A program made the position numbers and the translations under genes. The notes beneath the pieces were generated by a model. That model was not told where the DNA came from. It did not search any database and saw only the letters and a program-made list of their open reading frames with translations. DNA of 32,000 nt from Candidatus Poseidoniaceae archaeon (GTDB taxonomy: Archaea > Thermoplasmatota > Poseidoniia > Poseidoniales > Poseidoniaceae): NCBI GenBank assembly GCA_943789275.1, contig CALSTM010000001.1:390001-422000 (forward strand), written 5' to 3'. Position 1 is the stretch's first letter; every line of letters starts with the position of its first letter. This document shows positions 25,680 through 32,000 of this stretch, in pieces.

Positions 25680-26897
25680 ATGGCAGATGATCAATTTCCA
25701 GTGGCTCCTCGAGCATCGAATATTGAGTATGCAATACGAGATGTTGTTGTTCCAGCACTTGCTCTTGAAGAGCAAGGCCACGATATACTCAAATTGAACA
25801 TTGGCGATCCAATCGCATATCCGGGGCTACCCACACCACAACACATGGTTGATGCTTATGTCAAAGCCCTTCAAGACGGTAAAAACGGTTATTCACATTC
25901 GTACGGAATCCACGAACTTCGAACAGCCATAGCGCTTGATGAAAACAGGAAGGGTTGGAATGCCCAACCCTCGGATGTTTATGTCTGTCACGGGGTAACT
26001 GAGGCACTTCAGATTCTCTTTGCATCTGTTTTGACTGAAGGCGACAAGGTGCTCGCCCCTGGCCCTCATTATCCGCCGTACATGGCCTATCCGCAGATGT
26101 ACGGTGCACAGACCATCGAATACAAGTTGCAACCCGATAACGGATGGAAAATTGATTTGTCCGATATCGAGTCAAAAATGGATTCCTCTGTTCGTCTTTT
26201 AGTCCTCATCAATCCGAACAATCCTTGCGGAAGCGTAGCCGGTCAAGAGGAAATTGAGAAACTTCTCGACATCGCTCGAAAATGGCCGAATTGTATGATT
26301 GTCGCCGACGAAATCTACGATGGACTTGATTTCACAGGTCTGCAAAAGAGTGTGGCGAGTCTCTCAGATGATGTCCCCGTTATTTCTCTCAACGGCGTTT
26401 CAAAGGTTTATTACGCCCCAGGATGGAGAATTGGCTATCTCGCTGTACATGATCCGACGAAGCGATTATTGAAGGTCCGAGACGGTATTGAGCGAATGCT
26501 ACGCTCTCGACTTTGCGCCTCAACCCCAGCGCAACTTGGATACCTTGCTGGACTGGAATCAGACCGGACGTGGATGAAGGCGTACGCAGAAAAAGTGGTA
26601 CAACAACGCGATGTTTGTGTTGAACGCATCTCTCAAATTGAAGGTCTTGAAGTCCAATCGTCGGGTGGTGCATTCTATATGTTCGTTCGACTTTTAGATG
26701 AGAAATGGGCAAACGATGACAAACAATTTGTATTGGATTTACTTCATGAGGAACACGTTTTGGTCGTTCATGGCAGTGGTTTTTCCCCAGAACTTGGTAA
26801 AGGACACTTCCGAATTGTGTATCTGCCTGATTCGGAGGTATTGAACGAAGCATTCAACCGAATTGAGTCGTTTTTGAAACGACATCGTGTTTCTTAA
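25680..26897 (+). CDS. alanine aminotransferase-like class I/II PLP aminotransferase
   Basis: The N-terminus matches archaeal AlaAT (NIEYAIRDVVVPA...LKLNIGDP). It also has INPNNPCG and the PLP-lysine block SLNGVSKVYYAPGWRIGY. ATG 25680 is preceded by AGGTGA. An aspartate or other amino-acid specificity cannot be excluded. Confidence 0.8.
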   Translation: MADDQFPVAPRASNIEYAIRDVVVPALALEEQGHDILKLNIGDPIAYPGLPTPQHMVDAYVKALQDGKNGYSHSYGIHELRTAIALDENRKGWNAQPSDVYVCHGVTEALQILFASVLTEGDKVLAPGPHYPPYMAYPQMYGAQTIEYKLQPDNGWKIDLSDIESKMDSSVRLLVLINPNNPCGSVAGQEEIEKLLDIARKWPNCMIVADEIYDGLDFTGLQKSVASLSDDVPVISLNGVSKVYYAPGWRIGYLAVHDPTKRLLKVRDGIERMLRSRLCASTPAQLGYLAGLESDRTWMKAYAEKVVQQRDVCVERISQIEGLEVQSSGGAFYMFVRLLDEKWANDDKQFVLDLLHEEHVLVVHGSGFSPELGKGHFRIVYLPDSEVLNEAFNRIESFLKRHRVS

Positions 26898-26945
26898 CCG
26901 ACATTTCGGCGATGACTTGATGACTGAGTGTTATATCGAAAGCAC

Positions 26946-29900
26946 ATGCGCCACAATCGGAAGAGGCTTCACATCCTCATTTGGTCAGCGCTGATAACTT
27001 TTATATTCGCCCAACCAGCCTCTGCTGTTCAAATTGCTGAGGCTTCTGATTTCCAGATCGAATATTATTATCCGGTTTTCATTGCCTTTGCCATTGCAGT
27101 TCCAGTATGGCGGTGGTTTATCCCGACACAATTAGCGAATTTGCAAGTTGCCTTTGAGATTGATGATGACCTGTATGAAGTTCACAAAATCACGGGTAAC
27201 ATTTCGGAAGCCAGAGAACTTCTTGGAAATGTAAAATACGGAATTGGCCTCTACATGATGGGCATGACAGGAATACTGATTCTTATTGCTGAATTGTTAC
27301 TGCAAGCTGAAGTTTACTTTAAGCCAAATCTCGCAATAGCAGGCGTACTGATTCTCGTACCGGTACTCATCTCTCCGTGGGAAACGTTGAACACACAATT
27401 GCGCATATTCAAAACAAACGCCAAAAAAGCAGGTTTAGTGACAAGCCTACTTCGTCGGCTTACGACACTGCTCATTCTCATCGGTGTTACATTTGCTACA
27501 TTACTTTACGGAATTCAGTTGAGCTCCGATAACACACTGTCACCGGTTTGGTTAGCAGCAGGAATGCTGACGTTCATGTCTCCAACGATTATGGCTTATG
27601 GGCGCATCATGGGTGCTTCTTGGAACATGCTGATCATCAATAAATGGCGCACTGCAAACGGTAGGCCAAATCCAATTGATCCTTCAAAGCCTCGTTTCCT
27701 TAACCGTTTATTTTCGTTGGTTCTTGTCCTTTTCCTCCTCACCATGCCAGTCACTGCTTTGAACGGTATTGTCACCGTGTTCTACGTCCTCTTCAATGAC
27801 CCAGTCAACGCTACAGAGGTATTGAACTACGGAGGTATTATTGGTCATTCACTTTACACTCGAATCGACATAATTTCGGAATTACTGTTCCAATGGCAAT
27901 TTATCAAAGCCCTACCGCAATTTCTTTCGCTCTACCTTTCTCTGAACATCGCCATTGTCGGTCTTGCGTTCATTTTTGAACTTACTCGCAACCTGATTCT
28001 TGGAGGACAATCCTTTGGTGGATTGTTCGGGGTCACGTTGGATTCTCCCCGTGAAATCCGTACTGAAGTCAAAGCACAAAACCGCCAACTGAACTTTGCA
28101 TTTGCTGGATTTTCTGGCTACACTGTGCTGCTATTGGTATTGGTGTGTTACAAAGAATTCGGTGATTTGATGCCATTCACTCCTTGGCTTGAAAACCGAG
28201 GATTCAACGAAGGAAACAGATTGTTGACCACATGGATGTTCATTGGTTTTGGTCAGGCCATTTTCCTCTTCACTTGGTTACTTTCCATTATTCGTTATTC
28301 GCCTTTGCTTAAGTTGCGATTTGATTTGAATCCTGACGAGCGTAGGGAAGGTGCAGTGAAATTTGCCGGTGGAGACTGGATGCGGGAGTTGGTTGACGAA
28401 GCAGCGATCAAGGAAGACTTAGACAGCCTCATACAATTCCAACGCCGCTCAATTCCGGGCGACCAAGCCCTTGTTCGGCATGAAAAGGCTCGGGCAAAGA
28501 TGTGGGAATTGGCCCTGCGTGGTCTTTGGCCCAAAGCCATCGAAGAAGCAAAGAAAGTTCTTGCTCAAGGCGGTGGAGACGATGACATTGCCCGTATGGT
28601 CATTGCGACTGGACATATGGCTTCCCGAAGACTCGATGCTGCACGTGAGGCTCTGCATGGATTGCAACAGCCAGAAGGTTACGATGAACCGGAACTCCTT
28701 GCTTTTGTTTGTGAATGGATGGATCCCTGGCAAGGCATGGTAACTGAAGATGACTTTTGGGACTGGGAGAACAATTCCTGCATTGATCATTTACAAGCAC
28801 TCATGCGCATGATGCGTGGATGGCAGCCTTCACCGAACGACGATTCAATTCACAATGACCGCCTCACGCGTGTTGCACAACTCTCGATGGTTTCTCTTAT
28901 GCGTGCACAGCGTAAGCATGACGATGCTTTGGCGCTTTCTCTCAAGCTTATTCGTGAGGAACCTACAGGCGTCCGACCGCGTATTGCTGCAGCATTGTGT
29001 TTGATTGACAAAGGCGATTGGCACAGTGCCCGCTCAATCCTCACCGAACTCAAGGAAAGTGACGGTCAAGATCCTCGGGTCTTGGCCCTTAGCAGTATAT
29101 TAGGTCAAGTCGTTGATGAAGAAGAGATTGAAGTGGCATTAGCCATTGGAAAAGGGAAGAAGATGAAGAAATGGATTAATTCCGCACCAGTAAATTCTGT
29201 TGCTGGCCTCATGGTTAAAGGTGGCATGGATGAAGCCATCAGTGCCAATATCATGGTCGTAGCCCACGAAGCATCTCGGCGTGGTATGCCCCCCATCTAT
29301 CGTGACAGCGTTCTATCAACTGTATTCAATTGGCTTGTTCTTCTCCCATGTTGGATTGTTCTCGGAATATTCATCTCCCAAGAAATCGGTCAAGTGCAGG
29401 GTCTTGTGACCGTACTTACGCTCACGATGATTCAATTTGGCGGGCGAAGATTCTCCCGTCAACAGCGTCGTGTCATACGTCATCGAGACCAAAGAGCAAT
29501 GCTCGACTATGCAAAGCGAATGAAGCGTTTCAAAGTTTCACCGGAACGCTCGAACATTCCAGTTGGAACGCATCTGCTGCTTTCTGGTATGCTTGTAACG
29601 GTCAATGGAGTGGTATTGGACCTTGGCTTGCCTGGCTGGATGTCCGAACGGTTACCAAAAGATTCGGAGAAGTCTGTTAAAGCTCGTCTGAAGCGACAAG
29701 CGAAATCAATGTCAAAATCTCGCCCGCCTCGATTACAGCCGCTTGGTGAAGGATGGTGGCTCAAACGCCCGAAAGAGGATGGGGCCGATGTTCCAGTTCT
29801 CGAGCGTTTGATTGGCGCTGTTGCTTACCGTGGCCGCCAGCAATACATTCAGAAGAAAACGGGACGCCCGGGTCAACCAGTTTCTTCTCGTCCTGGACAG

Positions 29901-30098
29901 CCACGTTCTGTTTCGAACGTCAATTTAGCTCAGCGAGGCATACCTCAGAATACACGCGTCTCTGAACGAAAACAACGGCTCAACTCACCTGTGAAGGACT
30001 TACGTGTGGGTTCGAAGGCTATCGGTCCAAACGTCCGTCCCGGCCTCAATCCGTCCGTTACCAAGGAGTCTGATGATGATCTCCTCTCGTTTGATTAG
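26946..30098 (+). CDS. very large orphan membrane protein: N-terminal polytopic domain, central TPR-like helical region, second TM hairpin, basic low-complexity tail
   Basis: The uninterrupted ORF starts at ATG 26946 or GTG 26928. It has a signal-like N-terminus (LHILIWSALITFIFAQPASA) and at least ten hydrophobic segments in the first 470 aa or so. A helical soluble region of about 320 aa follows, with TPR-like A/L-rich repeats. Then come two more hydrophobic segments (VFNWLVLLPCWIVLGIFI, GLVTVLTLTMIQFGG). The tail is Arg/Lys/Pro-rich with RPGQP twice and ends in DDDLLSFD. I recognise no enzymatic motif. Confidence 0.7.
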   Translation: MRHNRKRLHILIWSALITFIFAQPASAVQIAEASDFQIEYYYPVFIAFAIAVPVWRWFIPTQLANLQVAFEIDDDLYEVHKITGNISEARELLGNVKYGIGLYMMGMTGILILIAELLLQAEVYFKPNLAIAGVLILVPVLISPWETLNTQLRIFKTNAKKAGLVTSLLRRLTTLLILIGVTFATLLYGIQLSSDNTLSPVWLAAGMLTFMSPTIMAYGRIMGASWNMLIINKWRTANGRPNPIDPSKPRFLNRLFSLVLVLFLLTMPVTALNGIVTVFYVLFNDPVNATEVLNYGGIIGHSLYTRIDIISELLFQWQFIKALPQFLSLYLSLNIAIVGLAFIFELTRNLILGGQSFGGLFGVTLDSPREIRTEVKAQNRQLNFAFAGFSGYTVLLLVLVCYKEFGDLMPFTPWLENRGFNEGNRLLTTWMFIGFGQAIFLFTWLLSIIRYSPLLKLRFDLNPDERREGAVKFAGGDWMRELVDEAAIKEDLDSLIQFQRRSIPGDQALVRHEKARAKMWELALRGLWPKAIEEAKKVLAQGGGDDDIARMVIATGHMASRRLDAAREALHGLQQPEGYDEPELLAFVCEWMDPWQGMVTEDDFWDWENNSCIDHLQALMRMMRGWQPSPNDDSIHNDRLTRVAQLSMVSLMRAQRKHDDALALSLKLIREEPTGVRPRIAAALCLIDKGDWHSARSILTELKESDGQDPRVLALSSILGQVVDEEEIEVALAIGKGKKMKKWINSAPVNSVAGLMVKGGMDEAISANIMVVAHEASRRGMPPIYRDSVLSTVFNWLVLLPCWIVLGIFISQEIGQVQGLVTVLTLTMIQFGGRRFSRQQRRVIRHRDQRAMLDYAKRMKRFKVSPERSNIPVGTHLLLSGMLVTVNGVVLDLGLPGWMSERLPKDSEKSVKARLKRQAKSMSKSRPPRLQPLGEGWWLKRPKEDGADVPVLERLIGAVAYRGRQQYIQKKTGRPGQPVSSRPGQPRSVSNVNLAQRGIPQNTRVSERKQRLNSPVKDLRVGSKAIGPNVRPGLNPSVTKESDDDLLSFD

Positions 30099-30148
30099 AC
30101 ATACGGCTCTATCAATGGGTTCAAAGACCGACTTCACAAGCAAACCTC

Positions 30149-31462
30149 ATGCAGCGTGAACGTGGTTCCTGGACTCCCAGCTCCTCTACATTATCGAAAG
30201 CCAATGCAGTGCTCAATGCAACTGCAGCCAGTGGTAATCTCTACCGAAACGGACTTGGGATGATTGCCTCGGAAAACATCGTTTCACCGATGGTTCAGAA
30301 GATTGTTGCCAGTGACTTGCACGGTCGGTACGCAGAAGGATTACCCGGCAAACGTTACTATCAGGGCTGCAACGATTTTGACACCATCGAAAGTATGGGA
30401 ATTGAATTGGCTCAGTCTGTCTTCAATGCACCGTTCGCAAACATCCAATCCACTTCAGGAACAGTGTCTAACATTGCAGCACTGAAAGCGTTGGCAAAGC
30501 CGGGCGACAAAATTACTGCGGTATCAACTGCAGATGGCGGCCATATATCTCACGCTCGAATGGGTGCAGTCGGCCTTCGAGACCTTGATTTGTCGACCTA
30601 CCCATGGGATGAAGAACGGATGGAACCGGACATTGATGGAGCCTGTGCTCTCATCCGTGAGGTAAAGCCAAAAGTTTCGCTTATTGGACAATCCGTGTTT
30701 TTATTCCCGACTCCACTTCGTGAAATCGCAGATGCTGCTCATGAAGTTGAATCGACGGTTATGTACGATGGTGCTCATGTTTTGGGACTCATTGCAGGTG
30801 GTGTATTCCAAGATCCGTTGAGAGAAGGGGCTGATGTCATGACAGGTTCCTCTCACAAGACGTTCCCTGGGCCCCAGGGTGGTTTCCTTCTTTCATCAAG
30901 CGAAGATTCAAAATTCCAACGTCGGCTCAATACGGCGGTATTCCCTGGTGTTTGTTCTTCTTACCACCTCCACCATGTTGCTGGAAAAGTTGTGGCTTTG
31001 GCTGAATTTGAAGAATACGGCGAGGCATATGCTCATGATATCGTTCGTAATGCACAAGCATTCGCTTCTGCCCTTGCAGCGGAAGGTTTTGATGTTTTGG
31101 CAGAATCTCGCGGTTACACAGCATCACATCAAGTCTTGACCCGGCATGGTTCAACGGATTCTGGTGCAGGTGCCAAGGCTGCCCAATTGTTGGAGGAGGC
31201 GGGAATTATTACCAACATGAACATGCTTCCTGGCGATACAAAGGCGATGACACCATCTGGTTTACGTCTTGGCGTACAAGAACTGACACGTGTCGGTATG
31301 GGTGTTTTGGAAATGCAAGAAGTTGCTCAACTTTATGCTCGTGTTCTTTTGCATTCTGAAGACCCTTCATCCGTCAAGAAAGATGTTTCACATCTCAAAT
31401 CAAATTTCCAAACCATTCGGTACTGTTTCAACGAAGAAAAGGTTACAGGATATCCATTTTGA
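30149..31462 (+). CDS. glyA: serine hydroxymethyltransferase (archaeal type)
   Basis: Motifs present are LGMIASENIVSP, RYAEGLPGKRYYQGC and the PLP-lysine block TGSSHKTFPGPQGG. The ORF is full length at 437 aa. Confidence 0.95.
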   Translation: MQRERGSWTPSSSTLSKANAVLNATAASGNLYRNGLGMIASENIVSPMVQKIVASDLHGRYAEGLPGKRYYQGCNDFDTIESMGIELAQSVFNAPFANIQSTSGTVSNIAALKALAKPGDKITAVSTADGGHISHARMGAVGLRDLDLSTYPWDEERMEPDIDGACALIREVKPKVSLIGQSVFLFPTPLREIADAAHEVESTVMYDGAHVLGLIAGGVFQDPLREGADVMTGSSHKTFPGPQGGFLLSSSEDSKFQRRLNTAVFPGVCSSYHLHHVAGKVVALAEFEEYGEAYAHDIVRNAQAFASALAAEGFDVLAESRGYTASHQVLTRHGSTDSGAGAKAAQLLEEAGIITNMNMLPGDTKAMTPSGLRLGVQELTRVGMGVLEMQEVAQLYARVLLHSEDPSSVKKDVSHLKSNFQTIRYCFNEEKVTGYPF

Positions 31463-31471
31463 GGCTCTTCC

Positions 31472-32000
31472 ATGTCCCTTTCTGACGGTTCGGGCTCTCC
31501 TGACAGATCTGTTTTGACTGAACTTAACGACAACTTCCATTGTATGGAGAACGGTTCGATTACCGACTCAGATGGGCATGGCTGGATGGTTTGGAACCTT
31601 GTCGATTTCCACCGGTGGTGGCTCGCTTTCGAGACTTTTTCGGGTGTCCCACTTGGCCGGAAATTGCTCAATGCAGCAGCAGACGAAGAGGAATATTGCT
31701 TTTTGGGTAATTCCTTTTTTGAGGTCGGTTGGTTTCGCAAATCAACCCGACAGCGAACGAAACTTTCCCAACGTTGGAAGATGATGGGTTGGGGCTCATA
31801 TGATCTTGTCAACAGTGTAGTCTCTTCGAATCTTATCGGACCATTATGCAGTGGTTTTGCACTTGCAGCAAGCGAAAACATCAACCGTACACGGCTAAAA
31901 ATTCAGTGGAGTCAAACGACGAACAACCAAATCAACCTTGACTTGGAGAACGCTCAGCGAACGTTCACTCCAGCGCCGTCAAGTCCGGTACTTTGTTGGG
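31472..32000 (+). CDS. 5' part of a CDS running off the window end; hypothetical protein with weak V4R-like layout
   Basis: This ORF is not in the supplied track because it has no stop in the window. I translated from ATG 31472, 9 nt after the glyA stop. The frame stays open for 176 codons to nt 32000: MSLSDGSGSPDRSVLTELNDNFHCMENGSITDSDGHGWMVWNLVDFHRWWLAFETFSGVPLGRKLLNAAADEEEY...WKMMGWGSYDLVNSVVSSNLIGPLCSGFALAASENI... The GWG...C-x-GF pattern loosely recalls V4R (4-vinyl-reductase-type) ligand-binding domains. Confidence 0.55.
   Translation, partial: MSLSDGSGSPDRSVLTELNDNFHCMENGSITDSDGHGWMVWNLVDFHRWWLAFETFSGVPLGRKLLNAAADEEEYCFLGNSFFEVGWFRKSTRQRTKLSQRWKMMGWGSYDLVNSVVSSNLIGPLCSGFALAASENINRTRLKIQWSQTTNNQINLDLENAQRTFTPAPSSPVLCW

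Noticed and set aside
26946-30098. Identification of the 1,050-aa membrane protein as AglB/STT3 or another GT-C glycosyltransferase
   Set aside because: There is no WWDYG-type motif. The only acidic cluster near the N-terminus (EIDDD) would be cytoplasmic under the most likely topology. The TPR-like region is followed by further TM helices, unlike STT3. I kept this only as something for structure prediction to test.
30072-30098. C-terminal DDDLLSFD resembling the acidic SSB-tail (DDDIPF) or other short linear motifs
   Set aside because: It is a single short acidic-hydrophobic terminus on a membrane protein and is not enough evidence. It is probably coincidental.
16964-31462. A serine/glycine/one-carbon metabolic cluster (serA ... 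AlaAT ... glyA)
   Set aside because: The genes are separated by unrelated genes (dinB, valS, the exporter, EVE and the large membrane protein). They sit in different transcription units, so this is loose co-location and not an operon.
31333-31884. 183-aa minus-strand ORF from the track
   Set aside because: It overlaps the 3' end of glyA by about 130 nt. It lies antisense to a longer, same-strand-as-neighbours open frame (31472 to the window end). Its product is Ser/Pro/Arg-rich with no motif. It is most likely a shadow ORF.
1-32000. CRISPR arrays, IS elements/transposases, integrases, prophage or toxin-antitoxin/defence modules, long direct or inverted repeats
   Set aside because: Reading both strands, I found no spaced short repeats, no DDE/tyrosine-recombinase-like ORFs, no tRNA-adjacent integration scars and no obviously AT-shifted island. 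The only repeats noticed are trivial: (TG)4 at 18191-18198 and the RPGQP duplication at about 29868-29910.

Overview
This window reads as a very compact, housekeeping stretch of an archaeal chromosome. The archaeal assignment rests on an archaeal-type AlaRS N-terminus, RtcB, a Dpo4/DinB-like polymerase, TATA-like boxes about 26-32 nt upstream of the tRNAs, and oligo-T tracts after genes. The acidic secreted proteases and the COG1033-type exporter suggest a marine planktonic Thermoplasmatota/Poseidoniales-like organism, but that is inference only. I call 25 protein-coding genes (two truncated by the window edges) and 2 tRNAs: Ser-GGA, and Thr-GGU with an encoded CCA. By my gene calls about 96% of the window is genic. 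Motif-supported products are proline dehydrogenase, a SufS-type cysteine desulfurase, two membrane-anchored S8 subtilases, RtcB, AlaRS, ValRS, a Nudix hydrolase, an MBL-fold hydrolase, a short SerA-like dehydrogenase, a Y-family DNA polymerase, an RND/MMPL-type exporter, an EVE (PUA-like) protein, alanine aminotransferase and serine hydroxymethyltransferase. I found no rRNA, CRISPR array, transposase/integrase, prophage remnant, long repeat or recognisable defence gene. I see no convincing multi-gene novel system. The best leads follow. (1) A translationally coupled minus-strand trio: a zinc-ribbon membrane protein, an orphan SufS and a subtilase. (2) A 1,050-aa orphan polytopic membrane protein with a TPR-like middle and a basic tail. 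(3) All six convergent CDS junctions have 2 nt or less of spacer, and four abut exactly. Oligo-T terminator-like tracts sit inside the partner gene's last codons. (4) The ValRS 'HIGH' signature reads HIGA. (5) An ORF running off the 3' window edge is missing from the supplied track. Several track ORFs start at upstream TTG/GTG codons and overlap their neighbours, so I trimmed them to downstream ATGs. All family calls come from motifs I recognised by eye. No search or computation was run.
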